DNA from: Eledone cirrhosa
Lineage: Eukaryota
Direction: 5' to 3'
Length of the DNA: 64,000 bases
NCBI GenBank assembly: GCA_964016885.1
Contig: OZ024743.1
Span: 34,348,001 to 34,412,000, forward strand
Part shown: piece by piece, positions 28,300 through 41,200 of the stretch
Layout: each line of letters starts with the position of its first letter
Numbering within the stretch: position 1 is the stretch's first letter
Program-made: the position numbers and the translations under genes
Notes under the pieces: generated by a model
The model's database searches: none
Told to the model about the DNA's origin: nothing
The model's input: only the letters and a program-made list of their open reading frames with translations

Positions 28300-28431
28300 A
28301 TTTCGTTTCTGAATTTGTTTAGCAAGATTCTTTATCTGAAAACGTGTGTTGAAACCGATATTGTTATACTTTGGGAGTGAAAACAACTGGTGCGTGTGTT
28401 TCTTATTGGCAACATGACCCTCCCAAAGTAT

Positions 28432-28438
<7 letters not shown>
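28300..28438. repeat. short (TA)n-embedded repeat with internal inversion
   Basis: atttcgtttctgaatttgtttagca shared with 33181-33250. atattgttatactttgggag / ctcccaaagtataacaatat is a 20-bp inverted pair. Related pieces at ~61915 and ~44890. Confidence 0.6.
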
Positions 28439-28465
<27 letters not shown>

Positions 28466-28468
<3 letters not shown>

Positions 28469-28656
28469 ACGAAGGAGGTGTGGTAAGGAACCAGATGGAC
28501 AATAACGCACCAGAGTACTCAATACTTAGGGTAGTTGAGTGGGTAATATGAAAATGTTTAACCCCGACGGCAGAGCTCAAACCGTTTCGACGGCTATTTC
28601 TGGACTAAATTCAGAATTTAGTCCAGATATAGCCGTCGGGGTGAAACATTTTCCTA
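28466..28656 (-). mobile_element. family B HHR-derived fold-back insert in (TA)n
   Basis: Minus strand: CCCC-GACGGCTA...49-nt hairpin...TAGCCGTC-GAAA-CGGT-ttGAGCTCt-GCCG-TC-GGGG plus family tail. Confidence 0.7.
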
Positions 28657-28789
28657 TATATATATATATATATTTTTTTGTTATGTTTTGCATTTACTGT
28701 TTCAGCCAGTTAGATGTGGCTAGTCTAGAGTTCTCCGGTATTTTTATTTACATATGTTTATACATTTTATGTGTGAAAGTGTGCTAGAA

Positions 28790-29090
28790 CTCTGTCGATT
28801 ACGACGACGAGTTCTCTGGTTGTTTGAGCAACCAAACAGCCTACTCGTAAAATTAACGTTCAAGTGGCTGAATGTTATATAGATACGTATTGTTACTCTC
28901 CGTGAGATTTAGTGTGACACAGTGTTTGTCGTCACTGCTTCTTTGAATTACAAGTACAATTCATTTTTGCCAGCTTGGTAGACTGAAGCGACGGAAAATA
29001 ATGTATTGCTCAATGATACGACGCGCCACAAGAAATCGAACTCACGTTCTTACTATTATGAGCCGAACACTTTAATCACTAAACCAGGCA
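28790..29090 (-). mobile_element. SINE family B, near full length
   Basis: Minus strand: tRNA-like head (ggtttagtgattaaagtgttcggctc...gtgagttcgatttc), body, and 3' tail ctcgtcgtcgtaatcgacagag. Confidence 0.75.
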
Positions 29091-29584
29091 ACTGTACTCA
29101 AACGTGTAAACTATATTGAACTGACCACGTCATTTGGACTTAACATGTTAAGGAAAGTAAATAATTATTTATTAGACAAGTCCTTGCATATCACTGTTTA
29201 TTAGAACTTTGAAAAAGTCTAGACTTCTATAAACAATGCTTCGTTAATAAATACAAGTATCAAAGAAGAGAATATTATTACCTCAGCGTAAAAGAATATT
29301 AATTTTAGCAGCAGAAGATGGTAACAATGTATCAGAACAAAAGCTAAAACACATGATAATAGGAACATTGAATAACGACTGAAACTGTATTGCAGATGGC
29401 TAAAATAACACATTGGGATATATTATTGCAAGAACGAATACAGTATTATAGATAGAAAGGAAAATACTATCTTTGGATTATAAATTGGATGCTGAGACTA
29501 GGAAAATATAACCCGTGCTATTGTTGCAGTTACATTTTTTGTTGTTGTTGTTGTTAATGTTGTTATTACTTTATTATTATTATG

Positions 29585-29881
29585 ATTGGCAGTATCGGTA
29601 GAGGGTCGGACGCCATGCTCTGCAGCAAAGAGTTACGGCCCTTTATGGTCTGTGTTCAAATCCCACCGAGGTTAACTGTGCCTTTCATCCTTACGGGGAC
29701 GATAAAATAAAGTACCTGTAATACACTGGAATAATTGCTGGCCTAGTGCCAAAAGTAGAAATAATTATTATCGGTGGATTGGTAGTGTCGGTAGAGCGTC
29801 GGATGGAATGATTTGCGGCATAGTGTTACGGCCTTTTACCTCCTGAGTTCAAATCCCCTCGGGGTCAGCTTAGCCTTTCAT
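29585..29881 (+). mobile_element. SINE family A full copy plus 5' partial copy
   Basis: Family consensus matches. Confidence 0.9.
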
Positions 29882-30045
29882 GTGTAGTGTGTATATTGAT
29901 ATTATACGCAAGTATATATAAATGTAGATATGATACATCAAATAAAATCGTAATTGACAATATAAACAGAAATTGAATGAAGACGTTGTTACACTGTCTT
30001 ATCTAATCAGTAACGTAATCCATGATACATTAAGAAAAGACGATA

Positions 30046-30292
30046 TCTAATATATATTTGTAAAATGGGTGGTGGTTGAAATTCAGATGTGCACAGTTAA
30101 ATGGTAGTAGACGTCGTCGGACTGACATAAAAATTTACACACCCATGTAAAAAGTGCCAAGGAAGCAAATAGACGAGGTTTCAAATCTCTAACTTGAAAA
30201 ATCTGGTCCCTGGGGCCCCAAAACTATCGCGTTCGGTGAGATATTTCCCCCTGTTCTAATACTTTTGTCTTATTTACAATTTCATACAAATA
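30046..30292 (+). mobile_element. partial copy of the adjacent non-autonomous Helitron
   Basis: A|TCTAATATATATT start. 30088-30290 is a direct repeat of ~31118-31366 with internal deletions. Confidence 0.55.
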
Positions 30293-30795
30293 AAGCAGTA
30301 AATAAAGGATTATGAGTTCATGCAATTGACTTATGTTTCGTCACTATATATATATATATATATAATATCAAAACGCTTTAATAAAAAAAGATCAACTGTA
30401 ACGTATGTATGCATGTATTTATGTGTTTATATGAGCGGGGATATGCAAGTAAATCTTACTTTGTAGACAGCTTATCCTTAGCATAATATTCATGCTAGAA
30501 CAGCATATATTTGAAAGTTTTCAGGGAGTTGAATTACTGATTTTGGATCGGCAGCTTTAGCTTTGAAAAAATGAAATGTGCAGTGTAAACATTTTTTATT
30601 ATTCCTCCGGGGATGAATCTTCTCTGCATTTTTCCATCTCTTTCTTTCTCTCTGGAAGAAATCATCCGTAGTAAGACCTAAACAAATGGTTAGATACACG
30701 ATGACGCACCGTGCATCACGGTGGAGTTGAAAAGCAGACTCAGAACATGGCGTTGTGTGGGGGTGGCTCGCAGCCCAATGTTCCAGGGGGAGCAA

Positions 30796-30826
<31 letters not shown>

Positions 30827-30935
30827 GAGCTAGAGTCCTATCAAATATGTAGGTTGTGTCTTAAATTGAAGGTTTAGTAGGAACAATTCATGTATAGTTT
30901 TGTGCATTTCTTTTTGTCATTCATATATAAACAAA

Positions 30936-32077
30936 TCTACTGTATAAAATGGAAGTGGTCGGACGTTATATATGTAGGTGTAGTCGGATAAACGTCGAAA
31001 CGGCTTGGTGGAATGCAGCGAAAATTTATACAGTTGTGCAGAATGACCCGAGGAGGCGTTGGGTCGACTTTCAAGCTACAATCTTCCATGGTTACGGAGA
31101 AAATCGAATTTTCCAGTTGTGCACGGTTAAATGGTAGTAGACGTGGTCAGACGGACATGAAATTTTATACACCTATGTAAAAAGTGCCAAGGAAGCAAAT
31201 AGACGAGGTTTCAAATCTCTAACTTGAAAAATGTGGTGCCTAGGGCCCCCAAACGGTCTATTTACTATCGCTTCCGGTGAGTTGTTTCCCCTGTTCTAAT
31301 ACTTGGATAAGTTATTTTCCGTAGTCGCTCTCAATATTCATTGTCTTATTTACAATTTCATACAAATTTTTAAACTCATCAATTTTTTTCATTTTCGCTG
31401 TTTTTGAAAAAATATTTTTGAAAGTTTATTATAAAGAAGCAGTTTCAGGGAAAAAAATAGAAATATGCATTCAGTTTTTCTTTTAAATATTCATTGTCTT
31501 ATTTAAAATAACATATCAAAGACAACGTTATTTCGCTGTTAATAAACTGTTGCCTTCTACAGTACGTTTCATTTTTATTTTTTAATTACAGTTGCTCTAT
31601 ATTAAATTTAAATACTTCTATAACGATCATACAGTACCGTTTTATGAAATCGATTCTGCAGTAGAATTTTACGAAATGCCAAACCGAAAAAGGTCACTGT
31701 TTTCTAACAAAAGAAATAAAACCCTTACATTGCGAACCCCCTGTTCTAATACTGGGGTTAGTTATTCCCCCCTCTTCTAATAAACGTCTAATATATAGAG
31801 GCCCCTCTTGCTGACCAGGGCAATCAAAGTGTAAACTATCATACAAACCTTCATAATCTGCATTTTCAAACTTGCATATCATCGACATTGCTATTTCGCT
31901 GTTAATAAACAACGCTTTTCACATCGCTCCACTTCTCATTGTACGCCGTCCAGCCCCAAGTGCATATTTCTATTTTTTTTCCTGAAACTGCTTCTTTATA
32001 ATAAACTTTCAATAATATTTTTCAAATTATTAACTTAATAAAAAGTGGCCCCAGGTGCAACCGGGCTCAGCTGCTAG
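30936..32077 (+). mobile_element. non-autonomous Helitron
   Basis: 5' A|TCTACTGTATAAAA. 3' GC-rich hairpin gccccaggtgcaaccgggc, then CTAG|T. Internal ~60-bp inverted repeat (~31408-31470 vs ~31960-32022). Confidence 0.7.
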
Positions 32078-32340
32078 TTATATATAAACTGCATTAGGAG
32101 AAAATTAGTAACAGAAAATTAGTATGTTTATTTAAGTAATTGCCACCGGAAGTGTTGACATCACACACTCTCTCTATCGATATATATGGTAGCTGAAGTG
32201 GTGGAGGTGGCAACGATATACCGGAAGTGCAACTTTGAAAAGAAGTTAATTTTAAATTATTTATTTTTACGAAATTATTTTTGTTTACGGAATTTAGTAG
32301 ATAAATTATGTAATATTCATTCATTATTTATTCAAAGTAA

Positions 32341-32649
32341 AGGGTGGTGGATTGGCAGTATCGGAAGAGGGTTGGACGCCATGCTTTCCAGCATAGTTAC
32401 GTCCCTTTACGATCTGAGTTCAAATCCCGCCGAGGTTGACTTTGCCTTTCATCCTTACGGGGTCGATAAAATAAAGTACCAGTAATGCACTGGGTAATTG
32501 CTGGCCTTGTGCCTAAAGTAGAAACAATTATTTATTCAAAGTAACTTTGCCTTTCATCCTTACGGGGTCGATAAAATGAAGTACCAGTAATGCATTTAGT
32601 AATTGCTGGCCTTGTGCCAAAAGTAAAAACAATTATTTATTCAAAGTAA
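32341..32649 (+). mobile_element. SINE family A with duplicated 3' half
   Basis: 18-bp flank attatttattcaaagtaa occurs at 32323, 32527 and 32632. Confidence 0.9.
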
Positions 32650-33011
32650 TCCAACTTATTTTACTAACGAGATAAAAAAAACAAAAACCGTACGCAGTCC
32701 CGCAGACCTTCCTTTATTATAGTTTAGATTAGGTGGTTCGCATGCAAGGCGGATTTATTTTTAAAGACAGATACCTTAATGCATAAACAGTGAATGAAAC
32801 ATCATAACAACATAGGGGTGATAAGGATATTGTGAGAGAGTCTACATAGTCTTCCTCTTTCAGAACTGTTTATTGCACACTCACCCACTCTCTACACTGA
32901 CATTTTAAATATATATATATATCAAGTAAGTATGTTTTGAAACAGTGAGCAGGTTTGAAATTAGAAAATAGAATAGGTTTCACCGTATTTTTTACTAAAG
33001 AAATTTTAGCC

Positions 33012-33082
33012 TGATAATGGGTGTAATGGTAGCACAGTGGTCTGGATAACCAAAGATGTGGGTTCGACTCCCATGTACGTCA
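33012..33082 (+). pseudogene. tRNA-like cloverleaf lacking a paired acceptor stem, between 50-bp inverted repeats
   Basis: D arm GTGT-aatggta-GCAC, anticodon arm TGGT-ctggata-ACCA, T arm GTGGG-ttcgact-CCCAT. Confidence 0.6.
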
Positions 33083-33829
33083 ATACTTATCTTTTTTCCA
33101 TTTATCTTAGGGTTCTAAACCCCATTATCAGGCTAAGATTTCTTAAGTCAAAAATACGGTGAAAGCTATTATATATATATATTTCGTTTCTGAATTTGTT
33201 TAGCAGGATTCTTATTGGCAACATGACCATCCCAAAGCATAACAATATATATAATATATATATATATGGAGAGAGAGAGGGGGACAAGAGAGACAGGGAG
33301 AGAGAGAGATGAAATTGTAATATATATATATATATATATCTTGCTCTCCCTTATGCACCACAGGACCACCTATCATCAGCCTTTCTCCACATGCTCTTTG
33401 CTCTAACAAATTATATAGCCCCCTCTCTCTCCCTCTCGCCCCTCTCTCTCTCCTTCTCTCTCCCCCTCTCACCTTCACTCTCTTTCTTCCTTTCTCTCTC
33501 TTCACAAATGCACTTTTCTCTTATCCTTCCCATCTGTACTACCTCCACACTTTCTCCCCTCGTTCCGTTTCTTTTATTCTATGTTTCCCTCTCATCCCCC
33601 AGTCGTTAACCATTGCCCTCACAATCACACACCAAATCCTCATCGCTGTCCTCAACTACCCCCACCTCGCCCTACTCCATCATATATCCCCTGTCACACC
33701 CATTCTACCCCACCCCATCTCCGCTCAACCTATAACATTTCTCCTTCCCAACAAACATTCTTATCATCATCGCTTCCCCCTCCACCTTTCCCCTCCTCCC
33801 ACTCCCCATTGTCTCATATCACTTTCATT

Positions 33830-34905
33830 TCTACCACCGCCTTCACTGCCACATCTACCACCACCACCACCACAACAACCACGTTCAACCCCACAACCAC
33901 CACAACCACCACAACCACCACAACCACCACCACCACAACCACCACCACAACCACCACAACCACCACCACCAACACCACCACCACCACAACCACCACCGTC
34001 AACCCCACCGCCACCACAACCACCACCACCACAATCACCACTTTCAACCCCACCGCCACTACAACCACCACCACCAACACCACCACAACAACCACCGTCA
34101 ACCCCACCGCCACCACCACCACCACCACCAACACCACCACCACCACAACCACTACCGTCAACCACTCCGCCACCACAACCACCACCACCACCAGCACCAC
34201 AACAACCACCGTCAACCCCTCCGCCACCACAACCACCACCACCACCAGCACCACAACCACCACCGTCAACCCCACCGCCACCACAACCACCACCACCAAC
34301 ACCACCGTCAACCCCACCACAACCACCATCGTCATCCCCACCGCCACCACAACCACCACCACCACCACAACTACCACCGTCAATCCCCCCGCCACCACAA
34401 CCACCACCACCAACACCACCACCACTACAACCACCACAACCACCACCACCAACCCCACCGCCACAACAACCACTACCACCAACACCACCGTCAACCCCAC
34501 CACAACCACCATCGTCATCCCCACCGCCACCACAACCACCACCACCAACACCACCACCACCACAACCACCACCGTCAAACTCACCGCCACCACAATCACC
34601 ACCACAACCACTCCCGTCAACCCCACCGCCACCACAACCACCACCACCAACACCACCACCGTCACAACCACCACCGTCAACCCCACCACCACCACCAACA
34701 CAACCACCACTACAACCACCACCGTCAACCCCACCGCCACCACAACCACCACCACCAACACCACCACCACCACCACCACAACCACCACCGTCAACCCCAC
34801 CACCAACACCACCACCACCACAATCACCACTGTCAACCCCACTGTCACCACAACCACCGCCACCAACACCACCGCCACCACCAACACCACCACCGTCAAC
34901 CCCAT
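33830..34905 (+). repeat. degenerate (ACC)n-based minisatellite giving a Thr-rich open frame
   Basis: ACC/ACA triplets punctuated by gtcaaccccaccgcc; 183-bp internal duplication (atcgtcatcccc at 34328 and 34511). Confidence 0.9.
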
Positions 34906-34911
34906 GTCGTA

Positions 34912-35555
34912 ACTAAATACCGCAAAGCATTTTGTTCGATACCCTACCGATACAGCTATTCCACCGCCCCTCAGAACGTAATAATGGTTTCAGATTTAGG
35001 CACAAGACCAGCAATTTTGGGGGAGGGGAAAGTCGATTAAATTGACCCCAGTGCGTGACTGGTACTTTATTTTATCGACCCTGTAAGGATGAAAGGCAAA
35101 GCTAACCTCGGCGGGATTTGAACATAATAACAAGGATTTCTACTATAGAGACAAGGCCAGCAATTTGGGGGAGGGGAAAATCGATTAAATCGACCCCAAT
35201 ACCTTACTGGTGCTTTATTTTATCGACCCCATAAGGATGAAAGGCAAAGTTAATATTAGCGGGATTTGAACTCGGATCGTAAAGGGCCGTAATTCTATGT
35301 TGCAAAGAATGGTGCCCGACTCTCTACCGATACTGCCAATCCACCGCCCTTTTGACCGTAATAATAATTGTTTCTACATTTGGCACAAGGCCAGCAATTA
35401 TCCCAGTGCATTACTAGTACTTTATTTTATCGATCCCGTAAGGATGAAAGGCAAAGTTAACTTCGGCAGGATTTGAACTCAGACCATAAAGGGCCGTAAC
35501 TCTGTGCTGCAAAGCATGGTGTCAGACCCTCTATCGATACTGCCAATCCACCCGC
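34912..35555 (-). mobile_element. cluster of SINE family A copies (three bodies plus a head fragment)
   Basis: Repeated ggtactttattttatcgaccc-type and taaggatgaaaggcaaag motifs. Confidence 0.9.
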
Positions 35556-36028
35556 TACCAACAAGTACAAAACCTGTAAGTACACAAGCAGTAACATTCA
35601 CAACAATAACAAAAACATCTTCAGCAGTAAAACAAAAATACGAACAAGAAAAGCAAGCAGCAGCAATAACTGCGGCAGAAACGGTAACAACTTCAGCAGC
35701 TGGAAAACAACAGCAACAACATCAGCAATAATATCAATTATAATAATATGCTATGTGCATTTATATATGTATTTATATCTCTGTCTGTAAGTCTTTAAAA
35801 TTTATGTATACAAACATACACACAATGCATTTCGTATCTCGGTTATCTTACTACAATAAGAATTTTGCTTTCCAGTAACGAGGCCCTGGATAACCCTACG
35901 TTTGTCCTTTAAATAACTATTTCTCCACTATTCAATCAACATAACCTACATATATCTGGTAATCTGGTTTATATGGCGGCACACCTTCAGCGCTATTGCC
36001 GTTTTTATGGACGGTTTGCATCCACTAA

Positions 36029-36411
36029 TTAATAATTGTTTCTACTTTAGGCACAAGGCCAGCTATTACTCAGTGCATTACTGGTACTTTATTTTATCGA
36101 CCCTGTAAGGATGAAAAGCAAAGTTTACCTCGGCGGGATTTGAACTCAGACCCTAAAGGGCCGTAACTCTACGCTGAAAAGCGTGCGTCCGATCTTCTAC
36201 CGATACTGCCAATCCACTAATTAATAATTGTTTCTACTATTGGCACAAGGCCAGCAAATTACCCAGTACATTAGTGGTACTTTATTTTATCGACCCCGTA
36301 AGGATGAAAGGCAAAGTTAACATCGGCGGGATTTGAACGCAGACCGTAAAGGGCCGTAACTCTGTGTTGCAAATCATGGCGTCCGACCCTCTACCGATAC
36401 TGCCAATCCAC
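36029..36411 (-). mobile_element. tandem dimer of SINE family A (short variant)
   Basis: Two copies; atccactaattaataat occurs at both ends and at the junction. Confidence 0.92.
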
Positions 36412-36769
36412 TAATTAATAATAACTGCAGCAAACAGTAGTAAAAACAGCAAGCATATTGACAACTGCAACACGATCAGGAGCAAACAACAGTAACAACA
36501 ACAACAACACCAGCAATATAACAATAACTACAAAGTAGTTGACTGTCCTTGGAGTATGAAGACGAAAACCAAATATAACTTCCGTGTATGGAATTAAAGG
36601 TCTGAAACATTGAAGTCGAACAATAGATGGGGAAGAAGGCTAGTTAGACCTGGAAACAGAAACAAGCATAGAAAGTGGCGGGCTAATCCTGCTTAAGGGG
36701 TTAATTCCTAAAAACTACTACGGAAGTGTCACATCATGTAAAAAGGTTCTTCAGTTATAAGGGGATTAA

Positions 36770-37205
36770 TATTGATTTCTAATTTATACACAAAGCCAGT
36801 AAATTTAATAGAAGAGTAAAGTTAATTAAATCAACCTCAATACATAACTGGTACTTTATTTTATCGACCCCAGAATGATATAAGGCAAAGATGACCGGCG
36901 TGGTTTGAACTCAGAATATATAGAACCAGAATAAATGCTGCAATGACATTTTATTCGACATTCCATTATTTTTGCCAGTCTAAGGGCGGTGGATTGGCAG
37001 TATCGATAGAGAGTAGGACACCATGCTATGCAGCTTAGAGTTACGGCCCTTTACAGTCTGAGTTCAAATCCCACCGAGGTTAGCTTTGCCTTTCATCCTT
37101 ATAGGGTCGATAACATAAAGTACCAGTCCCGCACTGGAGTCGATTTAATCGACTTTCTCCTCCCCCAAAATTTCCGGCCTTGTGCCTATATAAGAAATCA
37201 TTATT
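36770..37205. mobile_element. old minus-strand SINE A (36770-36978) head-to-head with a plus-strand copy (36983-37205)
   Basis: Family motifs on both strands. Confidence 0.85.
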
Positions 37206-37951
37206 TCTGCCAACCCACCACCTTAATAAATGGATTGATATCAAAACCTGTTTTGCTATTGCAGCTTCAAACTTTTGTAACATTCATAATTAATTCTTTC
37301 TACACATTAATGGAATTAGATAATCCAAACACGATTCTAATAAATCCATGTACCACTCTATTTAAAACACATTGACTACTGGCTGAACAGGACTGTAAAG
37401 ATCACCAAACATGGAAATATATAAATTAATCAACGATGGTAAAGAACCATAGAAAATGAGTCTCTTTTCTGCTACATGATGGTTAGCGAAAAGTAACTAT
37501 ATAAAAAGAATTCTTAGCCAGAGGGATGCATTGAAATTACGTTTTCAAACAGCATTTTCTAATCGCGACAACTATTTATGCAAGAGAAGTACATGCTATG
37601 TAGTCAGATGAAACTAATGAACTTTATTTAACATTTATGAGACTTGTGTTAAGTGAATTTGAACAAATTAATTTACTGTTCCAAAAATAAATGTCGGGTC
37701 AGTGCAGTACCTTTGATGAACTATGCATTTTGCATTCTCAATAGACAGTAAATCCGAATATCTTATATGTGAAATCATTGCCATTGGATACAAGATAGCT
37801 AACCTTTTTGCCAATCAAATTTCGTAAAACATTTTCCACACAAAACGCTGTTCAACAACTATGTGTGTAAGCTTTTTTGAGGTGGATATACAAAGAACTC
37901 TTGAAATATAGAAATAACAGTTACAAAAAACGAGTTTCTTTAAGTCATCCT

Positions 37952-38191
37952 TGTTCATGTTAAGCATCACCATAGACAAGACCAACTAACGTCGCCCATT
38001 ATCTCCCTTGATACAGAGACAATAAGGAAATCTCCTGCCCGAGGAGACACCTTGTATAGACACAGTATAATAAAGTATATCGTATTGTTAACACGTCTTT
38101 TCAGTCTCTCTCACGTTCTTGATCTTTCATACTAAGTACTCACTATTTCCTTTCATACACAACATATATATAAATCCATATAACAACAACA
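37952..38191 (+). repeat. 5' LTR (240 bp)
   Basis: Begins TGTT after the TSD, ends AACA immediately before the PBS; AATAAA at 38069. Confidence 0.92.
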
Positions 38192-38201
38192 TGGTGTCAG
38201 A
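38192..38201 (+). promoter_or_regulatory. primer binding site
   Basis: TGG start directly after the LTR; TGGTGTCAGA resembles the complement of a tRNA-Leu 3' end. Confidence 0.75.
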
Positions 38202-38245
38202 TTACTAAAAGAACCCATCCTACAGAAACGAAAAGAAAAAAGAAG

Positions 38246-41200
38246 TTGAAATCATACTTCGAAGACGAAATGGAAAATCTACCGCATCCAAAAGACCTAG
38301 ATTTTAATCAAGAAAATCTAGCCGCAGCATGGAAAAAGTGGAAAAAAGAATTCAATCTCTTTTTGATAGCAACAGAAAGTGACATAAAGCCAGACAAAGT
38401 AAAAACTTCAATGTTTTTAACTTGCATCGGTTCCAAAGGCCGAGACATCCATTCTACTCTGGATTTCGATTCACCCGACGAAGAAATGAACCTTCAAACA
38501 GTAATCGAAAAATTCGATGCATATTGTGAACCCAGAAAAAACATAACTTTCCTGAGACACAAATTCTTCACATGTGGACAAGCGGAACATCAAAAATTCG
38601 ATGAATACGTGGTAGAGTTACACCAAAAGGCACAACAGTGTGAATTCGGCGACCTTACAGACAGTCTCACCAGAGATATTCTGATATGTGGAATCAGAGA
38701 CATGAGAGTAAGAGAAAGATTATTGAGAGAACCAAATTTAGACTTAAAAAAAACAATTCAAGCAGGTCAGAGTGCAGAGCAAACACGACGCCAATCAAGG
38801 ATGCTGAATGCCACATCCGAAACAAGAGATAACGAAATCTCGGCGATACATAGTCAACACGACAGAAAAGGCGCCAAAACACAGATAACTCGCCATATGC
38901 AATCGAGACGTCAAAACGAGCAAGGCGGATGTGATAGAAAGCCCGCGAAATTTCAAACGCCAAGTCAACACTACGTCACTAACTGTCACTATTGTGGTTA
39001 CAATCACCAAAGAAATAAGTGCCCAGCATTTCACAAGATATGTGAAAAATGCAAGAAAAAAGGACACTATGCAAAAATGTGCAAATCAAGAAAATTTGTA
39101 CATAAAGTGGAGACACATTCCGACGATGAATCAGATGACGATATACATGCACTCAAAGTGATCACTTTAAATAAATCCCGCGTGCATAAAATCGAAAAGT
39201 TCAAGACTCCAAAAGACATTTGGACGGTCGAACTAAAAGTGAATAACTCGAATGTAACATTCAAAATTGATACTGGAGCAGACGTGACCGTACTGCCATT
39301 CAGAGAATATAAAAATATTATTCCAAAACCCCAACTGCAAAAAACCTCAACTCGATTATCAGCTGACAATAACACAGCTATAAAAGTGCTAGGAAAATGC
39401 ACAGCAGTCGTTAAATACAAAAAAGTATCAAAACAAACAAAATTCATTGTTGCAAAAACAAACTCGCACGCAGTTACAGATGCAAAGACAGCACAAGATC
39501 TGAACCTAATTCAGAGAATTTTAAAAATAAATTCGTCGAACGCAAACGACATAACAGAAAAATATGAAGACTGTTTCGGAGAAATCGGCACTCTGCCAAC
39601 AACACATCATATCACAGTGGATCCACAAATAACTCCTGTAATTCATCCACCAAGATCGGTTCCTTTTTCTATAAAAGAAAAACTCAAAAAAGAACTAAAA
39701 AAAATGACAGAATTAGGAATCATAAAACCCGTTAGTGAACCTACAGACTGGGTAAATTCCCTAGTCATCGTTGAAAAAGCCAACGGAAAACTCCGACTCT
39801 GTTTGGACCCCAAGAATCTAAACAAAGCCATAAAAAGGCAACATTTAAAACTCCCTACAGCGGAGGACATTTTTGCACAAATGCATAAACCTAAATATTT
39901 CTCGAAACTCGATGCATCTAATATGGATACTGGCAAATTCCAGTTGACGAAGAAAGCTCCCACCTGTTAACGTTCAACACACCTTTTGGAAGATATCGCT
40001 TCACACGACTGCCCTATGGAATTCACAGCGCCAGTGAAGTTTTCCAAAAAGAAATCGCAAAAATAATAGATGGCATAGAAGGAGCAAGAAATTCACAGGA
40101 TGACATTATAATCTGGTCCAGCACTTTAGAAGAACACACAAATAGATTACAACAAGTTTTCGAACGAATCCGAAAGCACGGATTAAAGTTAAATAAATCA
40201 AAGTGTATCTTCAATGCATCACAAATAACGTACCTTGGGCATCTATTAACGAAGGGATAAAACAAGATCCAACCAAAGTGCAAGCAATCATTCACATGCC
40301 ACTACCTACAGGCAAAAAAGAATTACAAAGATTCCTAGGTATGACAAATTACCTATGTAAATTTTTACCAAACTACTCCGAAGTTACAGCACCATTACGC
40401 CAGCTTCTACAGAGTGACACGTTATGGTCACTCGACAAACCTCAAATCGAAGCAATAAAAAAGCTAAAAGAAATGATTACCAGAAAACCAGTGCTACAAT
40501 TTTATGATCCAGATCTACCAGTAAAAATAACTACAGATGCTAGTAAGCATGGGTTCGGAGCTATACTTGAGCAGAAACACAACGAAAGATGGCTACCTGT
40601 TTCGTTTACATCACGTGCAACAACTCAAGCGGAACAAAACTACTGTCCGATAGAGAGCGAAGCTCTCAGTATGGTTTTCGCATGCAAGAAATATCATCAG
40701 TTTATAAACGGAACTCATTTCAGAATCGAAAACGACCATAAACCGTTGAAGCAAATATTAAAAAAATCGATCACTAAATGCCCCCCCCCCCCCCCCCCCC
40801 CCCCCCCCGAATCCAAAGATTTCTACTAGCATTACAAAGATACGATTTTGACCTAAACTACATCCTGGTAAAGAATCAGTTGTTGCAGATACTCTATCAC
40901 GTGCATACCTTGAACAAAATACTCCAGAAGTATCAGACGAAGATATGAAATCGCACATACATGCAGTAATAAAAAATTACCCCATAACCGACACTAAATT
41001 AAACGAGTACAAAGAAGCCACTGCACACGACTCGTCACTACAGACACTCATCACATATACAAGAACAGAATGGCCCCCAAAAGACAAAATACCAACAAAC
41101 ATTAAACCATTCTTCTCTGTTCGTGATGAAATATCGATCGTCAATGGCCTCGTTCTAAAAGGTCCAAGAATCATTGTACCTAAGTCATTACGTAGAGAAG

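Noticed and set aside
33012-33082. Functional tRNA-Ser(GGA) gene
   Set aside because: Acceptor stem does not pair and there is no long variable arm
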